From an uncultured Candidatus Saccharibacteria bacterium (GTDB lineage: Bacteria; Patescibacteriota; Minisyncoccia; Phycocordibacterales; UBA9973), in contig CAZWJU010000001.1 of assembly GCA_964634365.1 (NCBI GenBank), positions 167,028 to 231,027 on the forward strand: a stretch of 64,000 nt of DNA, read 5' to 3'. The notes under the pieces are model-generated. The model saw only the letters and a program-made list of their open reading frames with translations. It was not told the DNA's origin and ran no database searches. Positions 19,345 through 28,601 of the stretch are shown one piece after another. Each line of letters starts with the position of its first letter. Position 1 is the first letter of the stretch. The translations under genes were made by a program, and so were the position numbers.

Positions 19345-21231
19345 TTATTGAACAGTTACAGATTTGGCGAGATTTCTTGGTTTGTCTATATTGTTTCCTA
19401 ACTGCTTAGCAAAATAGTAAGCAAACAACTGTAATGGAATAACTTCGACAAGTGGATACATCAGAGCGTTGGACAGCTTTGGTATGACTATAACCTCGTC
19501 AGCATGTCTCATAACAGGAGCTTTTGCGCCCTCTTCGTCTGTAATCACTAGTATTCTTCCACCTTTTGATTTTATTTGCTCTATGGATATAGAGCCGATA
19601 GAAAACAAATCATCTTTCGGCAAGATCACGACAGATAGCGAAGATTCGTCTATGACAGCCATCGGTCCATGCTTGAGTTCACCCAGAGGGTAACTTCCCG
19701 CTTCCATATATGTAAGTTCTTTAAATTTAAGCGCGCCTTCGTATGCAATAGGCATATGTATTCCTCTACCTAAAAATTGAATTTTTTCTATATCTCGAAA
19801 AACTTCTGCTACTCTTTCTATTTCTTTATGATTTTCCAAAACCCTCTTCATCAATTCAGGAATAGCCTCGAGCTCTTTTACAAATGCTATACCCGCACTT
19901 TCACTCATACCATGAACTCTAGCTAGTGACAGACTAAACAAATAAAGTGTTATTGCTTGTGCTGTAAAAGCTTTTGTAGACGCGACACCAATCTCTGTCC
20001 CTGCGCGTGTATATATACCGGCATCACTCTCATGCGCTATTGCACTACCAACAACATTTACTATTCCTAGTGTAGTAAAACCTTTGCGCTTCATCTCCTT
20101 CAAAGATTCTAGAGTATCTGCAGTTTCTCCTGATTGACTGATACTTAAAAATACTGAGTTATCGGGGCTAAAGTTTTGTTTTCTATATCTAAATTCAGAA
20201 GCAATTTGCGCAGATACGTTTATAGGTGTCATACTCTCAATCAGCTCTTTGCCGAGCATACCTGCATTGTAAGCAGTTCCACAACCTACAATGTAAAGAT
20301 TTTCTATAGTTCTAAGTTTTTCTTTGTAATCAATAAGTCCACCTAAAACAGCCAAACCTCCATCTATGTTTGTTCTACCTAGTATTGTAGAGCGAGTTGT
20401 AGCTGGTTGCTCAAAGATCTCTTTTTGCATAAAAGTATCGAAATCCCCTTTCGATAAATCTTCGAGCAAAATACCTTCTATTATCTGTTCAGCTTTGTAG
20501 ACACGAGATCTTGCTGGTTGTTTGTATTTAAATATGTTGTGAGACATGTTCTCTGCATCAAGCTTAGCCATCTCGCCATCTTCTAAAACCAAATACCGAT
20601 CAGTGTACCTCAATATTGCATTTGTACTAGACGCAACAACAAACATCTCATTTTGTATTCCGATACTAATAGGACTACCATTTTTTACAACATAAAGATT
20701 TTTAGGATAATCTTTATGTATTATAGCTAGACCAAAACTCCCTTCTAAGAGAGACGCTGTCTCGACAATCGCGTCTTCTAAGCTTAAACCATTTTTGATT
20801 TTTTCTTCTATCAAATGTGGTACTACTTCTGTGTCAGTGTCGGACTTAAAATCATGTCCCAAGCTTTTCAAATTTTCTTTTAAAGACTCATAGTTCAATA
20901 TTGTTCCATTGTGAACAACCGCTATAGACTCTTCGCAATCAAGATGTGGATGAGCGTTTGATATTGAAGGCTTGCCGTGTGTTGCCCATCTGTTGTGACC
21001 TATTCCTACTGTAGTAAAAACTTTCTCTTCACCTATATTCTTCTTAAAACTACCGATGTCCATGTATTGACTTGGAGCACCCAAACATTTTCCTGTCTTT
21101 ATATTTTTCTTGTGAACAATCGCAATACCCGCACTATCATATCCGCGATATTCTAAATCTATTAGTGATTGAACCAAATTTTCTGATAACTCACTCTCTT
21201 CTTTTTTTAGTATTCCGATTATTCCACACAT
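19345..21231 (-). CDS. glmS: Glutamine--fructose-6-phosphate aminotransferase
   Basis: An MCGIIG N-terminal nucleophile domain is followed by two SIS domains. Confidence 0.9.
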   Translation of the reverse strand: MCGIIGILKKEESELSENLVQSLIDLEYRGYDSAGIAIVHKKNIKTGKCLGAPSQYMDIGSFKKNIGEEKVFTTVGIGHNRWATHGKPSISNAHPHLDCEESIAVVHNGTILNYESLKENLKSLGHDFKSDTDTEVVPHLIEEKIKNGLSLEDAIVETASLLEGSFGLAIIHKDYPKNLYVVKNGSPISIGIQNEMFVVASSTNAILRYTDRYLVLEDGEMAKLDAENMSHNIFKYKQPARSRVYKAEQIIEGILLEDLSKGDFDTFMQKEIFEQPATTRSTILGRTNIDGGLAVLGGLIDYKEKLRTIENLYIVGCGTAYNAGMLGKELIESMTPINVSAQIASEFRYRKQNFSPDNSVFLSISQSGETADTLESLKEMKRKGFTTLGIVNVVGSAIAHESDAGIYTRAGTEIGVASTKAFTAQAITLYLFSLSLARVHGMSESAGIAFVKELEAIPELMKRVLENHKEIERVAEVFRDIEKIQFLGRGIHMPIAYEGALKFKELTYMEAGSYPLGELKHGPMAVIDESSLSVVILPKDDLFSIGSISIEQIKSKGGRILVITDEEGAKAPVMRHADEVIVIPKLSNALMYPLVEVIPLQLFAYYFAKQLGNNIDKPRNLAKSVTVQ

Positions 21232-21244
21232 ATATTTATTTTAT

Positions 21245-21640
21245 TTAATAATTACAAGTTGATGACTTTGTAAAACCGGCACTTTCTGCCTCGGACGTAG
21301 AATTGAACCAAATCTTATTTTCTTCTTTGATTCTAGAAGCTCCGCTACATGAAGGCAGATAATATTTTGTACCACTTCTAGAGGCAACATATACACCATA
21401 AGAACTCTCAGATTCCTGGTATCCCCCACCCTGTTTTGAACCACTATAATCCTCGTATGTGGATACCTGACCTATAATAGATACTGTATCATTTTGCGCG
21501 GGCTTTTGGACGGACAATCTTCCCAGACCAAAAGAAGCGAGACATGTCAATACCAAAATCACAGAAAAGACTATTTCCAGGCCTATTTTCAAGCCCTCTA
21601 TATTACCCTTGATTTTTTTTGTATAATCACGTATACTCAT
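21245..21640 (-). CDS. Small membrane-anchored Cys-containing protein of unknown function
   Basis: An N-terminal TM is followed by a C-terminal GTKYYLPSCSGASRIKEENKIWFNSTSEAESAGFTKSSTC motif. Confidence 0.5.
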   Translation of the reverse strand: MSIRDYTKKIKGNIEGLKIGLEIVFSVILVLTCLASFGLGRLSVQKPAQNDTVSIIGQVSTYEDYSGSKQGGGYQESESSYGVYVASRSGTKYYLPSCSGASRIKEENKIWFNSTSEAESAGFTKSSTCNY

Positions 21641-21681
21641 TAATACTTATATTATAATAGTTTTAGTAATCAAGCGAACAT

Positions 21682-21954
21682 ATGGCACATCGAAAAGCGG
21701 GCGGATCAGCTAAAAACCTAAAAGACTCAAATCCTAAGTACCTTGGCACGAAGAAATACGACGGCCAGGCTGTTAATGCTGGAAACATAATAGTGAGACA
21801 AAGAGGGTCTAAAATACTCTCTGGGACAGGTACAAAAATGGGTAAAGATCATACAATTTTTGCTCTAGTACCAGGAAAGGTAAAATTTGGCTCAAAAAGA
21901 AAAGTTGGTTACGATGGACAAAAATCTACTAAGAAAATCGTAACAGTAATCTAA
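21682..21954 (+). CDS. rpmA: 50S ribosomal protein L27
   Basis: The product has MAHRKAGGS and IIVRQRG motifs. Confidence 0.9.
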   Translation: MAHRKAGGSAKNLKDSNPKYLGTKKYDGQAVNAGNIIVRQRGSKILSGTGTKMGKDHTIFALVPGKVKFGSKRKVGYDGQKSTKKIVTVI

Positions 21955-21957
21955 ATA

Positions 21958-21994
21958 TAAAAAACAAAACCTCATTAAGAGGTTTTGTTTTTTA
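21958..21994. terminator. Bidirectional intrinsic terminator (rpmA / rplI)
   Basis: The hairpin aaaacaaaacctcattaagaggttttgtttttt forms the terminator. Confidence 0.7.
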
Positions 21995-22424
21995 TTGTGA
22001 GTTTAAAATCTCCCTTCTTCCCTTCTATCTCAACTTGTATTACATAGTCTCCAGTAGTTTTAAGTGGCTTATCTAATTTAATATATTTAGGATCTATATT
22101 TATTCTGAATTCTTTATTTAAAGCTTCAGATATTAGATTTGGACTTATACCTTTAAACAGGTGACCTGCTTCGTTTGCTTTTTCTTCGATTACTAGATTC
22201 TTTGAATTCAAATCCGCTAAAACTTTCTTCAGCAGACTATCCTCTATATCTTTATCGATTCTAGCCAGTTCTGCTATATGATTTAGATGCGCAACTGCTT
22301 TGTCTGTGGCAATTTCAGCAAATCTTTTTGGTATCAAGAAATTTCTGGCATAACCTTCATTTACATCAACAACAGCATTTCTTCTGCCTATTTTTGGTAT
22401 ATCTTTCAATAAAATTACTTTCAT
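21975..22424 (-). CDS. rplI: 50S ribosomal protein L9
   Basis: The product has MKVILLKDIPKIG and GYARNFLIPK motifs. Confidence 0.85.
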   Translation of the reverse strand: MKVILLKDIPKIGRRNAVVDVNEGYARNFLIPKRFAEIATDKAVAHLNHIAELARIDKDIEDSLLKKVLADLNSKNLVIEEKANEAGHLFKGISPNLISEALNKEFRINIDPKYIKLDKPLKTTGDYVIQVEIEGKKGDFKLTIKNKTS

Positions 22425-22427
22425 ATA

Positions 22428-23642
22428 TTATTTTAGATACTCAATTGCTTTTTGCATCTGTGTATCATTTTTATTTTCTAAGTCTTCTTTTGTTATGGAT
22501 ATATTTATATCTGGATCTAAACCATTACCGCTAAGTGAAACTCTATTAGGAGTTAGCCACTTTGCAATAGTCAGTTTTAGAGATGTAGTATCTGTTACAG
22601 GGATTAATTGTTGAACAGAGCCTTTACCGTAAGTTTTAGCCCCTATAAGAGTTGCCTTTTTGTATTCTTGAAGAGCTCCGGCAAATATCTCTGAAGCAGA
22701 AGCAGACCCCTCGTCTACAAGTACAACCATACTTAGGTCATCTTTCCCAATGCTGTATCCATGACTTCTATATACCACATCTTCAACATCTCCACCATAC
22801 GACTCTATTGCGACAACTTCACCCTTTGGTATAAACCAACTAGAAATATCAACTGCTCCATCCAAATACCCTCCTGGATTACCACGCACATCGACTATAA
22901 GTTTATTTGTATTTGATTTACTAAATTCATACATAGCCTGATTGAACAACTTTGTAGCATTGGATGAGAAGTTATACAGAGAAATTACAAATATTCCGTC
23001 TTCATTTAACTTATATGAAAGTGTAGGTATTTCTATAATCTGACGAGTTACAGAAACTTCTCTAGACTCCTCAGAATCCAAAGATAGCACTGTGAGTTTT
23101 ACTTCTGTACCAACTTCTCCGCGAATCAATTCTATTGCCTCATCTAGTGTCATATCGGCAGTAGAAACTGAATCTATTTTCAATATAAGATCACCTGATC
23201 TAAGACCCGCTTTATCTGCAGGAGTATTTTCTAGTGGTGCTATAACAACCAAAATTCCATCTTTCTGACCAATCTCGATACCTATACCACTGAATTCTCC
23301 ATTTATACTTTCTTCAAAAGACTTAGTTTCTCTGGGATCAAAGAAGTTTGAATGCGGATCACCTAAAGATTCAACTAGACCCTTTGTTGCACCCCAAACC
23401 TTATCTTGATTGCTTATATTTTTAGCATCTGGATATTTATCTTCAATCTGATTCCATACTTCCCAAAATGGAGAAAAGTCTGTTTCTTCTAGTAAGACTT
23501 CTGGCTCTTTGTTTGTTACTGCGACAACTTTATCTACCGCAGGACGATTACTATACCCAAAAGATACACCGGCAAAAAATACTAACACTAGTAAAACCAG
23601 ACTTACGATTACATATTTAAAATTTGATTTTATATTTTCCAT
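22428..23642 (-). CDS. Carboxyl-terminal processing protease (S41) with PDZ domain
   Basis: A PDZ domain carrying GLRSGDLILKID is followed by the S41 core VVLVDEGSASASE. Confidence 0.85.
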   Translation of the reverse strand: MENIKSNFKYVIVSLVLLVLVFFAGVSFGYSNRPAVDKVVAVTNKEPEVLLEETDFSPFWEVWNQIEDKYPDAKNISNQDKVWGATKGLVESLGDPHSNFFDPRETKSFEESINGEFSGIGIEIGQKDGILVVIAPLENTPADKAGLRSGDLILKIDSVSTADMTLDEAIELIRGEVGTEVKLTVLSLDSEESREVSVTRQIIEIPTLSYKLNEDGIFVISLYNFSSNATKLFNQAMYEFSKSNTNKLIVDVRGNPGGYLDGAVDISSWFIPKGEVVAIESYGGDVEDVVYRSHGYSIGKDDLSMVVLVDEGSASASEIFAGALQEYKKATLIGAKTYGKGSVQQLIPVTDTTSLKLTIAKWLTPNRVSLSGNGLDPDINISITKEDLENKNDTQMQKAIEYLK

Positions 23643-23646
23643 AATT

Positions 23647-24816
23647 TTATTCTTCTTTTAATGCTGCTTTAGTATAAGTGTTTGCTGGGTCCCATAGAAG
23701 CCATGAGTCTATACCTAACTCTTCTGTAGCATCTATCTGCTCTCTAACCATACCTGGAGTATACGTAGCACCTAGATTAAAATCTTGTAGCCAAGGCCTG
23801 AGTTTATTTATATCTTCTCCGATTACTGCAGTTCTATCTACCGCACCTTTCATGGAAATCTTTATAACCTCATATGGATTCGCTGCTGGGTTTGCAAAAC
23901 CATTCCATGTAGCAGGATAGTGAGACGGGTAAACCATAGGAGATACATAATCAAAATTTCTTACAGCATCTTCAAATATTTGCCCTATGTTTAGATCATC
24001 GGTATTGGTTGTAGTCATACCAAATATATCTGCTGATATTGGTATATTTTTTTCTTCAAAAGAGCTGTTCAAGTATTCAAAAAAAGACCTCATCACATCC
24101 GCTTTAACCTGTGTTCCACTTATTGGATAATAAATATCTTTCATGTTTCCGTCTGATGGAAATCGAATATAATCAAAATTCAACTCATCAAAACCTCTAT
24201 TGTAAGCTTCGTTACCTACAGCAACTGTATAATCCCAAACCTTTTTTGAACCAGCATCAATCCAGTGCATACCTTTTCTATCTCCCCAAGCAACGTTTTT
24301 ATCACTAGATTTTTTAACTGCCTCAGATGGCCATTCTTTAACTATATAAGGATCTTGGAAAACAGCGATTCGAGCTATGACGTATATACCTTTGGAGTGC
24401 AGTAATTCTATTAGAGCATCTACGTCTCTTATTCTATTCTCTGAAGCACCTATTTCTGTCAGATATGGATCGTTTGTCGCAAAAGATATTCTACCAGTTG
24501 AATCTTTTACATCTATAACTACAGTGTTTATCTCTGTTGTATCAATAATCTCAATCACACTATCTCTAAAATCAGTAGTGCCTGCTACCCAACTAGATAT
24601 ATACAAACCCTTAACTTTTTCTGGTGTTTCTATATGAGCAGCCTTTTTTTCTTCCGCTGGAACTTCTACCACATCTTCTTCTGATGCCTGTTTTTGTTCT
24701 GTAAAATTTACCGAGTTGTATCTGTTCGCAAAAACATACGGAACAGCAAAATATAACCCTACGGCTACAAAAATAAAAATTATTGCTGTTCCAGTCTTGT
24801 GAACAATCTTTCTCAT
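23647..24816 (-). CDS. Putative glycoside hydrolase-like TIM-barrel protein (GHL10/DUF4015-like)
   Basis: An N-terminal TM is followed by motifs NFDYIRFPSDG and YVSPMVYPSHY. The family assignment is tentative. Confidence 0.6.
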   Translation of the reverse strand: MRKIVHKTGTAIIFIFVAVGLYFAVPYVFANRYNSVNFTEQKQASEEDVVEVPAEEKKAAHIETPEKVKGLYISSWVAGTTDFRDSVIEIIDTTEINTVVIDVKDSTGRISFATNDPYLTEIGASENRIRDVDALIELLHSKGIYVIARIAVFQDPYIVKEWPSEAVKKSSDKNVAWGDRKGMHWIDAGSKKVWDYTVAVGNEAYNRGFDELNFDYIRFPSDGNMKDIYYPISGTQVKADVMRSFFEYLNSSFEEKNIPISADIFGMTTTNTDDLNIGQIFEDAVRNFDYVSPMVYPSHYPATWNGFANPAANPYEVIKISMKGAVDRTAVIGEDINKLRPWLQDFNLGATYTPGMVREQIDATEELGIDSWLLWDPANTYTKAALKEE

Positions 24817-25028
24817 ATACTATCGATTGTAGATATATTATCTTCTTTGTTTTTTATTGCTGGTTGTGAGCGTATAGATTTCTTGTAAAAAACATATGCT
24901 ATAAAACACACTCCGAGACCAGATAGGACAAATAAAATTCTACGCACAGAAACCGGAAATCCCAAAAATGATAATAAAGCTATCCAAATACCTAGGAAAA
25001 ATAAAATTCTTTCGTATGACATAATCAT
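24813..25028 (-). CDS. Small 2-TM membrane protein
   Basis: The 71-aa product is hydrophobic and overlaps the upstream gene by 4 nt. Confidence 0.4.
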   Translation of the reverse strand: MIMSYERILFFLGIWIALLSFLGFPVSVRRILFVLSGLGVCFIAYVFYKKSIRSQPAIKNKEDNISTIDSI

Positions 25029-25066
25029 AATTATATATTATTTTAAAATAATAAAGAAACTCTCTG

Positions 25067-25750
25067 TTACTTGCCACTGACGACAACCACAAACTCCCCG
25101 CGAACCTTATCTTTATTGGCTGAAAAATAATCCTGTATATACTGAGCACTACCCCTAACCACCTCCTCAAAATGCTTGGTAAGTTCACGACTGACCGCGA
25201 CTACTCGATTTTCATCTAAATGTTTTACAAGCTCTGTGATTGTCTTTTCTATTCTATGTGGAGATTCGTAAAACATAACAGTTCTTTTCGATTCAGATAT
25301 TTCTTTGAATAAAGTTTCTCTGCCTTTTTTGTGGGGCAAAAAACCTAAAAAAGTAAACTCGTTACCACTTATACCAGATATGGAATAAGCGCTGGTAAGC
25401 GCACTAGCGCCCGGAATTGCAACTATCTTCACCTCGTCTGGCAATTCTTTGTGAACTCTATCAACGAGCAACACCCCTGGATCAGATATAGCTGGAGTAC
25501 CTGCATCACTAACAAGCGCCACATCTTTACCTTCTTTTAGAAGCTCGATTATATGTTCTTCTTTGCCTTTTGTACTGTGACTATGGTAGCTAGTAGTCGG
25601 GGTGGATATGCCGTAGTGATCCAGTAAAACTTTTGTAGTCCGAGTATCTTCACAAGCAATAACTGAGACTTCTTTGAGTACACGAACAGCCCGGAAAGTT
25701 ATGTCTTCCAGATTGCCTATAGGAGTTGCGACGACGAAAAGTGTAGACAT
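25067..25750 (-). CDS. rsmI: 16S rRNA (cytidine1402-2'-O)-methyltransferase
   Basis: The product has the tetrapyrrole-methylase fold with ATPIGNLEDIT and ACEDTR motifs. Confidence 0.85.
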   Translation of the reverse strand: MSTLFVVATPIGNLEDITFRAVRVLKEVSVIACEDTRTTKVLLDHYGISTPTTSYHSHSTKGKEEHIIELLKEGKDVALVSDAGTPAISDPGVLLVDRVHKELPDEVKIVAIPGASALTSAYSISGISGNEFTFLGFLPHKKGRETLFKEISESKRTVMFYESPHRIEKTITELVKHLDENRVVAVSRELTKHFEEVVRGSAQYIQDYFSANKDKVRGEFVVVVSGK

Positions 25751-26161
25751 CTAAGAAAATATTTTAACTATCCAGTAGTAAATAAAAGTTGTAATAGCAA
25801 ATAAAACTCCTCCCCAAATAGTATCTACTAGAAGTATAGACTTTGGCCAATTCAGCAAAATTGCATAGTTTGTAAATTCATAAACAGCATAGACCAAAAC
25901 ACCAAACATAAAAGCAGATAGCAGTGCAGGACTCAGTCCCTTACTAGAAATAATAGGTGCAATAAAATATGCAAAAGACAAAGCTAGCGCTATGTATACA
26001 ACTAGCGCAGCGCCCATGTGTGTAGACAAAACCCCGTCTTTCATACGAGCAATCGGAGAAAGTGCGTTAGTATAAAAACCTTTCATCAAAACCCCTATCC
26101 AAAGATAATCCAAGCCGATCATTATGATAAATGAACCTAAAAATGAATATATGTATTGCAT
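25751..26161 (-). CDS. Integral membrane protein (DUF2177-like)
   Basis: The product has four TM helices and abuts rsmI. Confidence 0.55.
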   Translation of the reverse strand: MQYIYSFLGSFIIMIGLDYLWIGVLMKGFYTNALSPIARMKDGVLSTHMGAALVVYIALALSFAYFIAPIISSKGLSPALLSAFMFGVLVYAVYEFTNYAILLNWPKSILLVDTIWGGVLFAITTFIYYWIVKIFS

Positions 26162-26210
26162 GGATTTATTTTAACAAAAAACAACCCAAATTATAAGTAT
26201 TTTTAGATAC

Positions 26211-26239
26211 TTGACAAATGCATATAAATATGCTATACT
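26211..26239 (+). promoter_or_regulatory. Consensus promoter TTGACA-17-TGcTATACT (extended -10)
   Basis: The sequence ttgacaaatgcatataaatatgctatact matches the consensus exactly. Confidence 0.6.
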
Positions 26240-26245
26240 TCTTCT

Positions 26246-26385
26246 AGATGTTTAACACACCGGTTCATATCTATCTTTGTCGTTGGGACTTTGAGCTGTA
26301 GCTCACCCCAACTTCATGGAGAGGCCTAAGAAACCTCTCGTCAACTCACGGCTGCCCGATCAAAAGGGCGGCTTTGTTTTTATTT
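26246..26385 (+). ncRNA. Candidate small RNA 1 (~140 nt), unknown class
   Basis: The unit has its own consensus promoter, a nested hairpin gttggg..gagct-gt-agctc..cccaac, a hairpin gagagg-cctaagaaa-cctctc, and an intrinsic terminator ggctgccc-gatcaaaa-gggcggc plus a T-tract. There is no plausible ORF. Confidence 0.45.
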
Positions 26386-26398
26386 AAAATTAGTATAC

Positions 26399-26427
26399 TT
26401 GACAAATAAATACTAATATGCTATGAT
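26399..26427 (+). promoter_or_regulatory. Consensus promoter TTGACA-17-TGcTATGAT (extended -10)
   Basis: The sequence ttgacaaataaatactaatatgctatgat matches the consensus. Confidence 0.6.
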
Positions 26428-26433
26428 ATAGGC

Positions 26434-26555
26434 ATACTCGTACAAATGAACGCGAACATAAAATGCCGTGGACCCACAGTCTCGGCAAAAAACCTAGAGG
26501 GATAAAACCCTCAATCGACTCACAGCTATCCCGTAAGATGGCTGTGTTTTTTTAT
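26434..26555 (+). ncRNA. Candidate small RNA 2 (~120 nt), paralog of sRNA 1
   Basis: It shares the 3' architecture of sRNA 1: hairpin gaggg-ataaaa-ccctc, then tcgactcacagct, then terminator cagctatc-ccgtaa-gatggctg plus T8. Its T-tract overlaps the stop of convergent trhO. Confidence 0.45.
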
Positions 26556-27445
26556 TTAGCCAAAACTTTTTCAGTTTTTTTAGACAGACAGTCTTCCGAG
26601 CAAAACCCTTCCCCATTTTCTGTTAGACAATTTTCACAACATATAAAATGTTTGTGACAAAGTAGGTTCCCGCAGTTCACATAATTTTCTGAAGTGCTGC
26701 CACAGTTGTCACACTTTCCTATTGCCTCATGACTGTCGCCATCGAAGTGCATTACTTTTCTTTTATCAAAAACATAGAGGCTTCCTTTGAAATTTTCTCC
26801 TGGATATTTTTCCATATAACTTACTATTCCTCCATCGAGCTGATACACATCTTCAAATCCAACTTTCTTCAAAAATCCTGATGCCTTTTCGCATCGCACT
26901 CCACCAGTACATACTGTTAGTACAGTTTTGTCTTTTAGATCTTTGAGCTCATCTACCTTTTCTCGTAAGTCACGAAAATTTTCAAGCCCTGGGAAAATAG
27001 TTCCTTCGAACTTTCCACTTTTAAGCTCGTAGTCATTTCTCATATCAACAATATAAAAATCTTTGTTTTCTTCATACCATTTTTTCAAATCTTCTGGCTT
27101 CAATCTTTTACCAGTGAGCTTGTTTGGGTTTATGTCACCCTCTTTACCTAAATGCAGAGAGACTATCTCGTCGCGCACTTTCACAGACAGTCTAGGAAAA
27201 GCATCGCCAGTCCCCTCACTTCTCTTCCAGTGAATATCGGAAAAACCCCGGCGCTTACTCATCCAAGTTACGTATTTTTCTATATTTTCACTCTCACCTT
27301 CAAGCGTAGCGTTGATACCCTCTTCTGCTACTATAGTGCGTCCAGTAAGCCCTAAAACCTCGCATATACCCCTCTGCATACCCATTTCAACCTTAGGGTC
27401 CTTGATTTTAGTGTATTTGTAAAAAAGTAAAACTGTATATTTCAT
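26552..27445 (-). CDS. trhO: tRNA uridine(34) hydroxylase, rhodanese-domain protein (UPF0176/YceA family)
   Basis: The product has LLFYKY and GINATL motifs, a rhodanese CTGGVRCE active site and a C-terminal Cys-rich tail. Confidence 0.8.
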   Translation of the reverse strand: MKYTVLLFYKYTKIKDPKVEMGMQRGICEVLGLTGRTIVAEEGINATLEGESENIEKYVTWMSKRRGFSDIHWKRSEGTGDAFPRLSVKVRDEIVSLHLGKEGDINPNKLTGKRLKPEDLKKWYEENKDFYIVDMRNDYELKSGKFEGTIFPGLENFRDLREKVDELKDLKDKTVLTVCTGGVRCEKASGFLKKVGFEDVYQLDGGIVSYMEKYPGENFKGSLYVFDKRKVMHFDGDSHEAIGKCDNCGSTSENYVNCGNLLCHKHFICCENCLTENGEGFCSEDCLSKKTEKVLAK

Positions 27446-27469
27446 ATGATTAATATATACATTTTAGAC

Positions 27470-27500
27470 AAAAAAATAAACCCCTCTAGTGAGGGGTTTA
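27470..27500. terminator. Bidirectional intrinsic terminator (prs)
   Basis: The hairpin aaacccctctagtgaggggttt forms the terminator. Confidence 0.65.
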
Positions 27501-27504
27501 TGAT

Positions 27505-28503
27505 TTAATGAAATCCGTTTTTCATAAGCTCAGTCACAGAAATTCCATTGTGGATGTTTCCAATAACCCTTGCAAGAAGCTCGGAGCCTGAGACAATCTC
27601 CAGATTTTCAAATTTTTTGCCTGCTCCGATAATGCATGAATCTGTTGCCCAAACCTTCTTGAATGAACGAGATGATATATTTTCAAGTGCAGGCGGTGAA
27701 AATATTCCGTGGGTACACATAACATATACATCACGAGCTCCACGATCTTTGAGTGCGTCAAAAACTTTTGTTACAGTCCCAGCAGTATCAACCATATCAT
27801 CAACAATAACGCAATCCATACCGTTAACTTCACCCATGACATTTATCTTCGCAACCGCATTGTCCTTGCCTCGCTCTTTATGGGCAATTGCAACTTGAGA
27901 AGGCACACCTAGACGCTCAGCAAACCTTACTACATCTTTGGCTGCTCCTGCATCAGGAGACACGAAGCAAACATTTTCGACATCGATATTTTCTTTGATT
28001 ATTTCTGCCAACAATTCGGCAGTGTCGATGTTTTTCATATACTTACCCTCGGCAATTTTCGGTATACCCGCAATCGAAGGATTGTGAATCTTGAGTGTTG
28101 TAATATGATCAGCCCCAGACGCAATAATTAAATGGATCATCCACGCAGCCAATATTGGCTCGCGAAATTTACTCTCACGATCCTGTCTTGCATATGGAAA
28201 ATATGGGAGAACAAGGTTTACCCGGTGCGGCTCTCCACTTTTTAGAGCATAGAGGAGTGCTAGCATTTCTATGAGATCATCATTTAATTTTCCTTTACTG
28301 GCATCGATATGCGCAATAAGAAAAACATCGCAGTCACGGACTGTCTCTTCCTGATGAGTTAGAATTTCACCATCAGGATGCTCCACGAACATACTCTTAG
28401 ATACTCTGTCGAGATCTAAGTGACCGACAATACTCTCTGCCAAATCTTTGTTTCTACACAAAGAAAAAATCTTGATCGGATAAGGATTCAAATTTTTTAT
28501 CAT
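27505..28503 (-). CDS. prs: Ribose-phosphate pyrophosphokinase (start likely the internal Met, MIKNLNPYP...)
   Basis: The product has the PRPP-binding loop VIVDDMVDTAGT. Confidence 0.9.
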   Translation of the reverse strand: MIKNLNPYPIKIFSLCRNKDLAESIVGHLDLDRVSKSMFVEHPDGEILTHQEETVRDCDVFLIAHIDASKGKLNDDLIEMLALLYALKSGEPHRVNLVLPYFPYARQDRESKFREPILAAWMIHLIIASGADHITTLKIHNPSIAGIPKIAEGKYMKNIDTAELLAEIIKENIDVENVCFVSPDAGAAKDVVRFAERLGVPSQVAIAHKERGKDNAVAKINVMGEVNGMDCVIVDDMVDTAGTVTKVFDALKDRGARDVYVMCTHGIFSPPALENISSRSFKKVWATDSCIIGAGKKFENLEIVSGSELLARVIGNIHNGISVTELMKNGFH

Positions 28504-28543
28504 CTTTATTTGGTTTTTTGTGAAAAGAACAATCAAAATATAG

Positions 28544-28570
28544 CATACTTTACATAATTAGTAAAGTATG
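28544..28570. repeat. Perfect 9-bp inverted repeat catacttta-N9-taaagtatg between prs and the upstream gene
   Basis: The repeat is visible directly in the sequence and may be an operator or an AT-rich terminator. Confidence 0.4.
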
Positions 28571-28601
28571 TTGAAAATAGTACTGGAAAAAATACAGCTC
28601 T

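Noticed and set aside
21232-21244. glmS ribozyme upstream of glmS
   Set aside because: Only about 13 nt separate the glmS start from the preceding ORF (21245..21640). That ORF encodes a plausible TM-anchored protein, so there is no room for a ~170-nt ribozyme.
26463-26657. 64-aa plus-strand ORF
   Set aside because: It runs through an intrinsic terminator into the antisense of trhO and has no RBS. The region is better explained as sRNA 2 plus terminator.
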